The notes: a model not told the origin generated them from the letters alone. A DNA stretch of 64,000 nucleotides from an uncultured Rhodospirillales bacterium (GCA_964568585.1 CAZMQI010000002.1:9237-73236), one strand, 5' to 3'. Positions 29,168 through 40,807 are shown, counted from the first letter of the stretch. Program-made: numbers and translations.

Positions 29168-32100
29168 GTAAGGCCAATGCCTGTTTCAAATCAACCGAGA
29201 CAAGTTGCGAGACGCCCTTTTCGGCCATGGTGACGCCGTATAACCGGTCCATACGCGCCATCGTCAAACGATGGTGGGTGATGACCAAGAAACGTGTCTT
29301 GCCGCTTTCCGCCATTTCACGCAGCAAAGAACAATAACGGTCAACGTTCGCTTCATCGAGTGGTGCATCGACTTCGTCAAGGACGCAAATCGGTGACGGA
29401 TTCACAAGGAATAATGCGAACAACAACGACAACGCCGTCAAAGCCTGTTCGCCGCCTGAAAGCAGTGATAATGCCTGCAAACGCTTACCCGGCGGGCATG
29501 CGAAGATTTCAAGGCCGGCTTCCAGCGGATCGTCATTTTCAATCAATTGCAAATGTGCCTTACCACCGCCAAACATGCGGGTAAAGAGTTCGCCAAAGTT
29601 CTTGTTCACTTCATCGAATGCGATTTGCAGACGTTCGCGTGCTTCCTTGTTCAAAGTGCCAATCGCTTGACGAAGTTTAGCAATGGCCTGCACCAGATCA
29701 TCCTTCTCCGCCGTCATCTTGTCGAACTGCGTCTGGATTTCCTCGGCTTCGATTTCCGCGCGAAGGTTCACAGGACCCATATTTTCGCGTTCCTTACTGA
29801 AACGTGCGAAATCATGTTCCAGCTGGTTCATCGCCGGTAATTCGCTGGGGTCTTTGACTTCAGCTTTTTCAAGCAAGCCATCAGTAGAGCAATGCCATTT
29901 TTCCTGTGATTCCGTTTGCAATGCTTCGAACGCATGCTGCGCTTGATACATTTGTTCTTCAGAACGCACGCGGTTTTCCTTGGCGTTGCTTAAGGCTTCT
30001 TCATGCTGGCGGGCTTGCTTTTCCACGGCAGATAAATTTGTTTCTGCGGTTTGCAAGTTATCCGCTGCTACCTTGCGGGTTTCTTCGGCCGCGCTGGCAT
30101 TGGTCAATAACTGCTGACGTTGCTCTTCAATCGCTGCTGGTTTTTCTGCCAAAACGACTTCCTGTTCGGTCAGTTCAGCCTTGCGGGTTTGCAGTTCGGC
30201 GATGCGTGAAGTTGCGCCGGTTGCACGCGTGGTCCATGATTGTTGTTCTTGACCCACTGCCGTAATGCGCGTTTCAACTGCGCGCATATCACGTTGGTAC
30301 CCTGACAGCGCGGCTTGTTTCTCGCTCAACGCCCCGCGCAATTCTGCCATCACAATGCGTGCGGAGTTCAGATTGCGGGTCAGTTCTTCCAAATCCGCGC
30401 CTTGACTGCGTTGTGCGGCAATCGCTTCAGCTTCGGTTTGTAATTGCTGTTCATCGGCTGCGGTTGCTTGCAACATATCGCGCACGCGTTGGGCTTGTGC
30501 GGCTTTGTGTGCTTGGGCTTGGGTTTCTTCGGCTTGGTTGCGGCGTGCATCGTTCAATGCAGCGAATGCTTGTGCGAGCGAACTTTGTGCTTCGCTGTCA
30601 CGGGTGGATGCTGCCTGCATCGCTTGGTTAGCAGATGTTAGTGCTTCTTCGGCTTGTTCGGCTTTGCCCACCGAATAGGTAATAAGCGCATTCAGTTCTG
30701 CCAAACGGTTGCGATGCTGCAAACGTGCCGCGGCTGGCGTGACAGCATCAGCCTTTTGCGTATAACCATCCCAACGCCAAGCAGCACCGCTTTGTGCCAC
30801 GATAATTTGGCCAGGTTTCAATTCCGTGCTTAAACGTTCACCTGCTGCTTCATCTTCCACCAAACCGATTTGGCTTAACGCGCGTGATAATGCGGCAGGG
30901 CACTCAACGAATGCTTTGATGGTGCGAACACCGTTCGGCAACGCATAGCTTGCATCACCTTGGAATGGCGGCAATGCGCGCCAGAAAATCTTGGCGGCAT
31001 CTTCCAGCGGTGCAGACAATGCATCACCAAGCGCGGCGGCTAAAGCTGCTTCGTAACCAGGTTCAACCTTCACCAAATCGCTGAGTGGCGTTCCGGTGTT
31101 TTCTTCAAGTTGTAATAGTTTGGTAAGAGCCCCCGCTTCAGCTTCCAGCTTGGTTTTTTCAGACCATGCGCGTTCGCGTGCCGCACGTGCATCCGTCTGT
31201 GTTTGCTCTGCTGTAACTTTGGTTTCTTTGGCGGAGGTGGCTTCGGATTGTTTGCGCGTTAAATCGGTTTCGCATGCTTCGACCATGCTGAGCGCGAGTA
31301 CAAGGCTTGGCAGACGTGCGATTTCAGCATCGAGGTCAGCGATTTGCTGTTCCAGCTGTTGCTTCTTTTGCTGAACATTGCGTTGGCGTTCGGCCAATGC
31401 CGCTTCTTGGCGTTGCAGGCTGCGATGTTGTGCTTCGGCACTGGCCAAATTCTGGGTGATTTCCTGAACGGATTTTTCCTGCGCGGTCACTTCCTCTTGC
31501 GCGGTTTGTGCGGCTGCTTCTAGTTCAGGACGCGCGATGGAAAGACGTTCGGCTTCTGCTTTTAATGTCAGATGTTCTTCTTCCAAACGCGCCAAGGCTG
31601 CGGTGGCATCGCTTGCCAAGGCTTCTTCACGCTGTGCGTCTTCGGCGGTTTGTTGCAAACGGTTGCGAAGTGCTGCTTGTTCACCAGCGATGCGTGCCGC
31701 TTCACGTTCCAACGCTTCGCGTTCCAAAATTAAACGTTGTACGACTGCGGATGCCGCGGCTTCCGCTTGGCGCAATGGCGGCAAGGTGGTGGCCATTTCC
31801 GTGCGCTGTGTGGTGATTTGGGTGACGACCGATGTCAGTTCGCGCACACGGCCTTCGGCTTCGGCATGCGTATCTTCCGATAAACGCAAATTCACTTCCG
31901 CTTGCTTGGCCTTTAAATACAACAGCCCCGCTTCGGATTTGCGGATGAGGTCGCCAAGGTTACGGTAACGGCTGGCTTGACGGGTTTGCGTCTTCAGGCT
32001 GCGGATTTGTGCATCCATCACCTGCAATTGGTCATCTACGCGCGTTAAATTACCTTCCGCGCCTTTTAATTTCAGTTCCGCTTCATGGCGGCGGGCATGG

Positions 32101-32618
32101 AGACCGCTGATGCCTGCTGCTTCTTCCAATACTTGGCGGCGTTCGGCTGGCTTTGCTTGGATGAGCGCGCTGATGCGGCCTTGGCTTACGATGCTAGTGG
32201 AATGCGCGCCGGTCGCTTGATCGGCAAAGAATAATTGAACATCTTTTTGACGAACCGGTTTTCCGTTAATGCGGTAATCGGAGCCATGGCCTCGTTCGAT
32301 GTGACGGATGATTTCAATTTCATCTTCATTGTTGAATTCAGAAAGCGCGGTGCGCTGGGTGTTATCCAGATACAAAGTTACTTCGGCAAGGTTGCGCGCA
32401 GGACGACCAGCAGAGCCGGAGAAGATCACGTCATCCATCTCACCGCCACGAAGACGCTTGGCAGAATTTTCGCCCATCACCCAACGAAGACTTTCAACAA
32501 CGTTTGATTTACCGCAGCCATTCGGACCAACGATACCGGTAAGGCCCTGTTCAATCACAAATTCGGTTGGCTCCACAAAGGATTTGAAGCCGGTGATTTT
32601 CATTTTTGTAAATTGCAT
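29109..32618 (-). CDS. smc: Chromosome segregation protein SMC
   Basis: 1169 aa. Walker A GPNGCGKSN, a long coiled coil with a central hinge, the signature LSGGEQALTALSLLFA and Walker B ICVLDEVDAPLD. Confidence 0.95.
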   Translation of the reverse strand: MQFTKMKITGFKSFVEPTEFVIEQGLTGIVGPNGCGKSNVVESLRWVMGENSAKRLRGGEMDDVIFSGSAGRPARNLAEVTLYLDNTQRTALSEFNNEDEIEIIRHIERGHGSDYRINGKPVRQKDVQLFFADQATGAHSTSIVSQGRISALIQAKPAERRQVLEEAAGISGLHARRHEAELKLKGAEGNLTRVDDQLQVMDAQIRSLKTQTRQASRYRNLGDLIRKSEAGLLYLKAKQAEVNLRLSEDTHAEAEGRVRELTSVVTQITTQRTEMATTLPPLRQAEAAASAVVQRLILEREALEREAARIAGEQAALRNRLQQTAEDAQREEALASDATAALARLEEEHLTLKAEAERLSIARPELEAAAQTAQEEVTAQEKSVQEITQNLASAEAQHRSLQRQEAALAERQRNVQQKKQQLEQQIADLDAEIARLPSLVLALSMVEACETDLTRKQSEATSAKETKVTAEQTQTDARAARERAWSEKTKLEAEAGALTKLLQLEENTGTPLSDLVKVEPGYEAALAAALGDALSAPLEDAAKIFWRALPPFQGDASYALPNGVRTIKAFVECPAALSRALSQIGLVEDEAAGERLSTELKPGQIIVAQSGAAWRWDGYTQKADAVTPAAARLQHRNRLAELNALITYSVGKAEQAEEALTSANQAMQAASTRDSEAQSSLAQAFAALNDARRNQAEETQAQAHKAAQAQRVRDMLQATAADEQQLQTEAEAIAAQRSQGADLEELTRNLNSARIVMAELRGALSEKQAALSGYQRDMRAVETRITAVGQEQQSWTTRATGATSRIAELQTRKAELTEQEVVLAEKPAAIEEQRQQLLTNASAAEETRKVAADNLQTAETNLSAVEKQARQHEEALSNAKENRVRSEEQMYQAQHAFEALQTESQEKWHCSTDGLLEKAEVKDPSELPAMNQLEHDFARFSKERENMGPVNLRAEIEAEEIQTQFDKMTAEKDDLVQAIAKLRQAIGTLNKEARERLQIAFDEVNKNFGELFTRMFGGGKAHLQLIENDDPLEAGLEIFACPPGKRLQALSLLSGGEQALTALSLLFALFLVNPSPICVLDEVDAPLDEANVDRYCSLLREMAESGKTRFLVITHHRLTMARMDRLYGVTMAEKGVSQLVSVDLKQALALREQGEASNQNSAYAEAAAE

Positions 32619-32698
32619 TTCGTTGCCTTATTCTGTGGTCTTGGGGTGCTTTTATCGTTGTAAATCAGGTCTTAATATATGCTCGGGCTAATATGCAT

Positions 32699-33490
32699 TT
32701 AAGTAGGAGCCCATTCCGGTTTCGTATAATAAAGGTAATGCGCCACGCTGTTAAAACTGCCGCATTTCAAATTCACGCTTTCAGCAAGAAGCGATAAACT
32801 TTTCTTAGAAAATAAACTGATATGCCCATTTCGCGGTGATGCGTACCACCAATTCAACCGCTGATTAGGCTTGATATCGGTATCAGAAATAAGGGTTGAA
32901 AACAACACCACACTTTGCGGGTGCATGAGCATTGTTAACGATTTTATTAAATGGTTTACATCGCTTACATGCTCGAAGATCTCAAAGGCAGTGATGAAAT
33001 CGAACTTACCTAAATCGGCAGGGTTAACATCGGTATTCACAAACGGGTCATAGGAGGTGGAATTCCACCCCTTCTCGCGCATGATTTTGCTCATCAGGCC
33101 ATTGCCGCCACCGTAATCCAGATGGCGCGCACCTTTGTAATATTCGCCAAAGGTATCAAAAATCGCCTTGGCATTATTGGTCGGACGCGCTTCTAGATAA
33201 TCGGGGTCAACGATGCCGTATTCCTCGTTATAGATGTTCGCTTCGAATTCTTCCTTGCTCCACGCCATTAATTCGGGGGCAAAGGTAAAAGCACAATTCG
33301 GACAGTGGTAATAGTAAACGGTCTTGCCCGACATTGGCAGAAAGATACCCGTCTTTTCCTCGCAGTTTTTGTTAAAATCTACCACATCCAGTGCTTTGGC
33401 CTGCGTACTGCAAACCGGACAAAAATGGGGCTCGAGGGTAGGGCTAATCATCAAAACGCCTATTGTTTTCTTCTTAAAAACGAAGGGCAA
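32699..33490 (-). CDS. Class I SAM-dependent methyltransferase with an N-terminal zinc ribbon
   Basis: CPVC...CPNC pair near the N-terminus. SAM motif I HLDYGGGNG. DFITAFEIFEHV (post-II/III region). Confidence 0.75.
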   Translation of the reverse strand: MPFVFKKKTIGVLMISPTLEPHFCPVCSTQAKALDVVDFNKNCEEKTGIFLPMSGKTVYYYHCPNCAFTFAPELMAWSKEEFEANIYNEEYGIVDPDYLEARPTNNAKAIFDTFGEYYKGARHLDYGGGNGLMSKIMREKGWNSTSYDPFVNTDVNPADLGKFDFITAFEIFEHVSDVNHLIKSLTMLMHPQSVVLFSTLISDTDIKPNQRLNWWYASPRNGHISLFSKKSLSLLAESVNLKCGSFNSVAHYLYYTKPEWAPT

Positions 33491-33557
33491 TTATGGCGTG
33501 TTTTACCCGGCGATGAAACGGGAATTGACTCTTATACACAAGAGATTAGGGGGAAGA

Positions 33558-34976
33558 TTAGCGCGTAGTGCTATTGACTTCGTTTTGAGCTACACGCGAC
33601 GGATCAGACATCGCAGCTACCAGCTGTTCAAACTGGGTGTGAACCTTGTTGCGCCAATCCTGGAAGGAAGCGAGTTGCTTGCCGCCCAAAGCCGAACCCA
33701 TTGGCACATCCACATTGAGCGGGTTGACTTGTTGGTTTTCAACCAGCACTTCGTAATGCAAATGCGGGCCCGTTGAGCTTCCGGTTGATCCCACATAACC
33801 AATCACATCACCTTGTGCAATGCGTGAACCTTTGGTGATGCCTTTACCAAAACGGCTCATATGGGCATAAGCGGTGGAGATACGGTTGTTATGGCGGATT
33901 TTGACGTAGATGCCATAGCCATTTTTGCGTTCAGCGTCTTCAACAATACCAGCGCCCGCTGCAAAAATCGGGGAGCCATATGGAACGCCGAAATCAATGC
34001 CTTTATGCATGCGGTTATATCCCATGATGGGATGCTGACGCATACCGAAGCCAGATGTGATGTGTGCGCTTTCGACCGGTGTGCGGAGCAAGCCCTTGCG
34101 GATGGACTCGCCCTTGGCATCAAAATATTCGTAAGCATTTCCGGATGTAGCAACACGGTAGATAGGAACGATTTTTCCGTTCACTTGCAGCGCCGCATAA
34201 ATCAAGGTTGCATCACCGCTGGTGTGGCCTTCAGCATCGGATAGCTGCTCATATAGAACTTCAAAACGGTCGCCTTCTTTGACATCACGCTGGAAGTCGA
34301 TGTTGTAGGAATAGGTCTTGATGATGGTGGAAAGAACAGAGCTGGGCACACCCAGCTTAACGCCTGAATCATATAGGTTATCTTGCACAACACCGCGCAA
34401 AGCAAAGCGACGTTTTTCAGGGGCGATGGTCTTAAGTGATGCTTCGAATGCGTTGGCAATATTGCGCGAAATGGTCACAACCGTAAAACCATCATGCAGT
34501 TCCAAACCGGCATAGCGTTCATTCACACCGTCACGCGTAAACAGAACCGCTACTTCCTGACCATCACGGATTTTGCGCGGGTTCATATGCGGGCGAAGAG
34601 CCTCAAGAGTGGTCAGAATTTCAGTGCGGCTGATACCGGCCATGACCAGACGGGCAGTTAAAGTTTCACCGCGACCAACCACCAGAATACGGCGAAGTTT
34701 GCCGTCTTTTTCCTCAACGCGCTTGAATACAGCAGCATTGATTGCGGCATGAAGCGGATCGGCAGAATTAATGGAATTATTGGCCGAACTAACGATTAAA
34801 GTCTGGTCGTCATTAGCAGGGGTGGGAATGATGCCAGCTTGCAAAATCTGGTTTACGACCGAGCTGACAAAGGCTGGCTTGGCGTCTTTTTCATCAACAT
34901 TGAGGGCATAGACAAGCCCAAAGCTCATCAATGAAAGCAATATTAGTAAAACTGATCCAACCCGGCTTAAAACCAC
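33558..34976 (-). CDS. Membrane-anchored M23-family peptidoglycan DD-metalloendopeptidase
   Basis: N-terminal TM helix VGSVLLILLSLMSFGLVYAL. C-terminal M23 domain with HKGIDFG and GSTGSSTGPHLHYEV. Confidence 0.85.
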   Translation of the reverse strand: MVLSRVGSVLLILLSLMSFGLVYALNVDEKDAKPAFVSSVVNQILQAGIIPTPANDDQTLIVSSANNSINSADPLHAAINAAVFKRVEEKDGKLRRILVVGRGETLTARLVMAGISRTEILTTLEALRPHMNPRKIRDGQEVAVLFTRDGVNERYAGLELHDGFTVVTISRNIANAFEASLKTIAPEKRRFALRGVVQDNLYDSGVKLGVPSSVLSTIIKTYSYNIDFQRDVKEGDRFEVLYEQLSDAEGHTSGDATLIYAALQVNGKIVPIYRVATSGNAYEYFDAKGESIRKGLLRTPVESAHITSGFGMRQHPIMGYNRMHKGIDFGVPYGSPIFAAGAGIVEDAERKNGYGIYVKIRHNNRISTAYAHMSRFGKGITKGSRIAQGDVIGYVGSTGSSTGPHLHYEVLVENQQVNPLNVDVPMGSALGGKQLASFQDWRNKVHTQFEQLVAAMSDPSRVAQNEVNSTTR

Positions 34977-35343
34977 GCGCTCTAAAACCTTTAGCTAAAC
35001 GTTGAGTTCCAGTTACGTATAAAGGGCTGGAACGAGATTGGCAGGTAATTAATAAATTAAACATTAACGCTTTGAAGGAGGCAGATAATCAAAAATCACC
35101 GTGACCTGTCAACCTTAACTTCCCCACAAGTTGTGGATAAATCGGATTCGAGATTATTAATTTCATTAATTCTATGGAGAATCACAAGCTAAAGCGTCTA
35201 TCTATGATGCATCGTCCGGTTTCACTTTCGCCGATTCACCGATTTGCCACAATTGATGGCTTGATGAGTTGCTCTAAGAATAGGATTCTTGACGTAAGCG
35301 TAGGGTAAAACGACTTAAATTCTTAATTTGGGCAAAAAAGCTT

Positions 35344-36981
35344 ATGGCAAATCCAACTTCCTTAAGATCGCGCGCACAGCAGCCCCGCCAGCAGCAACAG
35401 CAACAATATGTTCAAGAAGAACGCTTTCAAGAACAACAGTGGGACGAACATCAGCAAGATGAAAATTTTGATGTCGCGCTGCATCTGGCCAGCCACGCAC
35501 AACGCTTGAAGAATGTAGATTCATCTCTCACCTACTTCGAACAATCCTTGAAAAATTTCCAAGCAGTGTATGTTCAGGAACGTAATCGCCAAAATAAATA
35601 TCTCGCCATCCTTGGTGGCTGCATCGCCATCACTGTACTTGCGGTTGCGTTCTGGCCACGTGGCGGCACCACGAATTCCGCTGCGCCGATTCAATCCGCA
35701 CAACAACGCATACAACAACAAATGGCTGCGCCACTGGCGCCGGTAGCGATGCCGCAAGCTCAACAAACCTATGCGCCAAACTTTGCAGCAGCGCCACAAG
35801 TGCAGCAGCAAATGCCACAAATCCAAGCGCCTACCATGCGCGCTCCCGCGAACGTTGTTGCACTTGGCGCACGCTACGACCAACAAACCCAGCGTAATAC
35901 TCAAGCATATCTTGCAGCGCCCGCACAGCCTGTCTATCAACAGCCAGTTCCCGTTCAACCACGCCTGAGCCCGTTCCAGATTACCGTACAAAATAAATTA
36001 GCTGCTAAAGGCGAAGCAGTGCCTGCTGATTGGCAACCCTTATTCAACCGCGAAGCAAGCGGCGATAAAAAAGGCAAGCTTCTGGTTGCTGCAAAATTCC
36101 TTAAAGGTGAAGGCGTGCAACGCGACCAAGCTTTTGCCGTTGAGATGATCCGCCAAGCAGCAGATGCGGGCGAAAAAGAAGCGATGATGTGGCTCGCTTA
36201 CGCGAACCAAGGCGGCAACATCGGTAAAACCGATATCAATGCAGCTATCCGTTGGTTCCAGGCAGCAGGTAAGGCGGGCGTCAATCAAGCCTACACCGAA
36301 CTTGGCCGCATTTATGAAACCGGAGCAGATGGCGCTCCCGATATTGAAACCGCACTTGCGTGGTATCAACGCGGTGCACAAGCAGGCGATGCCAAAGCTG
36401 CTGAAGCCATCAATCGCCTAACTGCTGGCCAACAAGCTGCACAACAACCTATTCAACAACCACAATATGCTGCGCCTGTTTACCAAGCACCAGCACCCAT
36501 AGCACCAATTGGCGCGTCACCCGCACAACAACTCCAGCAAATGATTCAGCCCGCAGGCGGGTTGGGTCAGGGCGCCCAGAATATTAATACGAATGCTCCG
36601 AACGATATTTTTGTTCCTGCACCTGCTCAGGCTGCACAAATTCAACAACCCATCACACCGGCGGTTGCCCAACAAATCGCAAATGAGATCGATAACTCCA
36701 TTGCCCCTGCCTATTCGGCAACGCCTGTGGTCGCTTCTGTGCCAACCCCTGCACCATCGACCCAAGTGGGCATGAGCAAGGAACAAGCCAGCGCAGATAA
36801 CAAAGCGATTCAACGTATGCTACGCGTCCTAGGTTACAAGGTTGACCGCGTGGACGGCGAATACGGCCCGCAAACAGCATCAGCCATTCGCGCTTACCAA
36901 CGTGATCATTCCGTATATCCGGACGGCGAACCATCCGCTGAGTTGATTGACTCGCTGATGCGCGATGTACGCGGTCAGTAA
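35344..36981 (+). CDS. Bitopic protein with a Gln/Pro-rich region, Sel1 repeats and a C-terminal PG_binding_1 domain (PodJ-like periplasmic architecture)
   Basis: TM helix YLAILGGCIAITVLAVAFW at about aa 86-105. Sel1-type repeats (AAKFLKGEGVQRD..., MMWLAYANQGG..., AIRWFQAAGKAG..., ALAWYQRGAQAGD). C-terminus IQRMLRVLGYKVDRVDGEYGPQTASAIRAYQ. Confidence 0.75.
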   Translation: MANPTSLRSRAQQPRQQQQQQYVQEERFQEQQWDEHQQDENFDVALHLASHAQRLKNVDSSLTYFEQSLKNFQAVYVQERNRQNKYLAILGGCIAITVLAVAFWPRGGTTNSAAPIQSAQQRIQQQMAAPLAPVAMPQAQQTYAPNFAAAPQVQQQMPQIQAPTMRAPANVVALGARYDQQTQRNTQAYLAAPAQPVYQQPVPVQPRLSPFQITVQNKLAAKGEAVPADWQPLFNREASGDKKGKLLVAAKFLKGEGVQRDQAFAVEMIRQAADAGEKEAMMWLAYANQGGNIGKTDINAAIRWFQAAGKAGVNQAYTELGRIYETGADGAPDIETALAWYQRGAQAGDAKAAEAINRLTAGQQAAQQPIQQPQYAAPVYQAPAPIAPIGASPAQQLQQMIQPAGGLGQGAQNINTNAPNDIFVPAPAQAAQIQQPITPAVAQQIANEIDNSIAPAYSATPVVASVPTPAPSTQVGMSKEQASADNKAIQRMLRVLGYKVDRVDGEYGPQTASAIRAYQRDHSVYPDGEPSAELIDSLMRDVRGQ

Positions 36982-37006
36982 TGGTGCAGTCAATAGACCC
37001 GACTAA

Positions 37007-37888
37007 TTAGAACCCGCTCACGGCAACCCACCAGCCACGATCAAGCTGACGTATCTTGCTAGCTGCCACTTCTGCATCAAGCGCATTTTTAAATAATCCA
37101 AAGCATGTCGCGCCAGAACCCGACATACGCGCCAGCAAACAATCCTGCTGATCATTCAAAGCCATCAATACATCATTCACTGGTTCGCATAACAATTTGG
37201 CAGGCTCTTGCAAATCATTGCAACGCGCAGATAGTTGTGCGGCAAGCTCTGCTGCGCTTTGCGGCATATTCGGCAGTCGCGCTGCCTGCGAATAATCCCC
37301 CACACGCGCTTTGAATACATGCTGGGTTGCCAATGGAACATTGGGGTTCACTAACACCATAGTGGTGCGCGGCAATCCATCCACCCCGTCGATTACATCA
37401 CCAATACCGCCAAAATAACATGGCTTGTTATATAAACACGCCAATACATCCGCGCCAGTTTCTTTGGCAGTGCGTATAACAGCATCGCTATTCACATTCA
37501 CGTTCCATAACTTTGCGGCAGCACGTAGCGCGGCAGCAGCATCTGCCGAGCCGCCGCCAATGCCGGATGCGACAGGAAGATTTTTATAAAGGCGCACTTC
37601 CATATGTGGCGCACGATTAATCTTGCTCGCAAGGCCACGTATGGCACGCGTCACCAGATTGTTATCCTTGGACTCTTTTTGCAATAAAGCAGACTGTGGG
37701 CCAGTGATATTCAGACTATAGGCATTAGATGGGGTGATGGTGATTTCATCAGCCGCCGCCGCGCCATCATTGGCGAATACCACCAAACTATCCAGTAAAT
37801 GATAGCCATCCTCACGTTTTCCTGTCACATGCAGGTATAGGTTTATTTTGGCTGGCGCGCGTTCTACAATGCTTGCGGGCTGGTTCAT
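37007..37888 (-). CDS. ispE: 4-diphosphocytidyl-2-C-methyl-D-erythritol kinase
   Basis: APAKINLYLHVTGKREDGYHLLDSL and the GHMP motif PVASGIGGGSADAAAAL. Confidence 0.9.
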   Translation of the reverse strand: MNQPASIVERAPAKINLYLHVTGKREDGYHLLDSLVVFANDGAAAADEITITPSNAYSLNITGPQSALLQKESKDNNLVTRAIRGLASKINRAPHMEVRLYKNLPVASGIGGGSADAAAALRAAAKLWNVNVNSDAVIRTAKETGADVLACLYNKPCYFGGIGDVIDGVDGLPRTTMVLVNPNVPLATQHVFKARVGDYSQAARLPNMPQSAAELAAQLSARCNDLQEPAKLLCEPVNDVLMALNDQQDCLLARMSGSGATCFGLFKNALDAEVAASKIRQLDRGWWVAVSGF

Positions 37889-37913
37889 ATGGCCACCTTA
37901 GAAAGATATAAGA

Positions 37914-38720
37914 ATGAAGATAATATTTTTTGGTGATATTATGGGCCGTGCGGGGCGCGATGCGCTAGCGCAATTTCTACCCAGCTTAATGGCACAGCAC
38001 AAGCCGGACTTTGTGGTGGCGAATGCCGAAAACGCCGCTGCTGGCTATGGGCTTACCCTTAAAATCGCTTCGGACCTATTCGCGCTTGGCATCGATGTGC
38101 TGACGACCGGCAACCATGTCTGGGATCAAAAGGAATTACTCAGTACCATTCAAAATGAACCGCGCATTCTGCGCCCATGCAATTTTCCCAAAGACACGCC
38201 GGGTTCGGGCAGTTTTGTTGCCCAATCCAAAACGGGTAAGAAATTACTGGTGGTGAATGTGATGGGCCGTTTGTTCATGGATGCGATGGATGATCCATTC
38301 TCCACCACCACCGAATGCGTGAATGCTCATACCCTTGGCAAAACCGTGGATGGCATTTTAATCGATGTTCACTGTGAAGCCAGTTCCGAAAAACAAGCCA
38401 TCGCCCATTTATTCGATGGACGCGTGACGGCAGTTCTTGGAACCCACACCCATGTGCCAACCGCCGATGACCGTATTCTTGCCAAAGGAACGGCATTCCA
38501 AACCGATACTGGTATGTGCGGTGATTACGACAGTGTGATTGGCATGAAGAAAGAATTATCGGTCCAACGCATGACGCGCAAATATTCGTTTGAACGCTTA
38601 ACGCCAGCCGAAGGCGAAGGCACGGTATGCGCCGCGCTGGTTGAAAGCGATGACAAAACCGGTTTAGCCAAAAGCATTTCAACCTTCCGCATGGGCGGAG
38701 CCCTCAAGCAAACGGCTTAA
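37914..38720 (+). CDS. YmdB-like metallophosphoesterase (TIGR00282 family)
   Basis: MKIIFFGDIMGRAGR, ANAENAAAGYG, TTGNHVWD and GTHTHVPTAD. Confidence 0.85.
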   Translation: MKIIFFGDIMGRAGRDALAQFLPSLMAQHKPDFVVANAENAAAGYGLTLKIASDLFALGIDVLTTGNHVWDQKELLSTIQNEPRILRPCNFPKDTPGSGSFVAQSKTGKKLLVVNVMGRLFMDAMDDPFSTTTECVNAHTLGKTVDGILIDVHCEASSEKQAIAHLFDGRVTAVLGTHTHVPTADDRILAKGTAFQTDTGMCGDYDSVIGMKKELSVQRMTRKYSFERLTPAEGEGTVCAALVESDDKTGLAKSISTFRMGGALKQTA

Positions 38721-38734
38721 CAGACGGCGTAAGC

Positions 38735-39352
38735 ATGCCAACACTGCTTTATGAAATTGAATGTGGTCGTAATAACGGTGTGCTGATTGCCGGCACCGAT
38801 GAAGCAGGACGCGGGCCATTGGCAGGCCCAGTGGTCGCAGCTGCCGTTATCATTCCCGAAAACTTTCCAGAAAAACTGGCCAAGACGATTAACGATAGCA
38901 AACAACTCACCGAAAAAAAGCGCGAGATATTATTCCCGCACATCACCGAATGCTGCGTTCACGGCATTGCCGAATGCTCAGCGCAAGAAATCGACACCAT
39001 AAATATTCTGCAAGCAAGCTTGTTGGCAATGAAACGCGCGGTGCTGCAACTGTCATCGCAGCCTTCCTTCGTGTTGGTGGATGGCAATAAATCGCCGAAT
39101 ATCCCAAGGATGAAAAACATCCCTATCGTAAAGGGCGATAGCAAAAGCCTGTCAATTGCGGCGGCGTCCATTTTGGCCAAGGTCACGCGCGACCGGCTGA
39201 TGCAAAAGCTGCACCTTGAGCATCCGCATTACGGCTGGGACCATAATGCGGGCTACCCCACCGCCGAGCATCTTGCCGCGCTGCAAACCCATGGCATCAC
39301 CCCGCATCACCGCCAGAGTTTTGGGCCAGTTCGTAATCTGGCTGGTGGTTAG
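38735..39352 (+). CDS. rnhB: Ribonuclease HII
   Basis: IAGTDEAGRGPLAGPVVAAAV, DSKQLTEKKRE, VDGNK and ASILAKVTRD. Confidence 0.92.
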   Translation: MPTLLYEIECGRNNGVLIAGTDEAGRGPLAGPVVAAAVIIPENFPEKLAKTINDSKQLTEKKREILFPHITECCVHGIAECSAQEIDTINILQASLLAMKRAVLQLSSQPSFVLVDGNKSPNIPRMKNIPIVKGDSKSLSIAAASILAKVTRDRLMQKLHLEHPHYGWDHNAGYPTAEHLAALQTHGITPHHRQSFGPVRNLAGG

Positions 39353-39383
39353 ACATATATATGTGTCTTCGGCCTGTGCTTTT

Positions 39384-39439
39384 AAGAATGGCGACCGCCA
39401 TTCCGCGAGCTAATGCGAGCGTAGCCATGCGGCGTTTGA
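39384..39439. repeat. Intergenic structured repeat, copy 1 (two hairpins)
   Basis: AAGAATGGCGACCGCCATTCCGCGAGCTAATGCGAGCGTAGCCATGCGGCGTTTGA. About 80% identical to 44547-44602. The substitutions preserve pairing (GAATGGCG/CGCCATTC here versus GAACGGC/GCCGTTC in copy 2). Confidence 0.6.
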
Positions 39440-39451
39440 GCAATAATCTGT

Positions 39452-40807
<1,356 letters not shown>

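Noticed and set aside
29294-32691. Many 60-140-aa plus-strand ORFs across the smc locus, and similar ones opposite gyrB (1006-3452), g15 (12496-14448) and the Sel1 gene (35521-36934).
   Set aside because: All lie antisense within long, confidently identified genes. They have low-complexity or Arg/Cys/Ser-rich translations typical of shadow frames.
35124-35140. A replication origin, suggested by perfect DnaA boxes at 35132-35140 (inside the palindrome CCACAAGTTGTGG), 39541 and 39577, and an 8/9 box at about 7463.
   Set aside because: The boxes are single or paired and kilobases apart. They are not clustered with an AT-rich unwinding element. None of the gene markers usually flanking alphaproteobacterial origins (hemE, dnaA, parAB) is present. 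They more likely mark promoter-level DnaA regulation.
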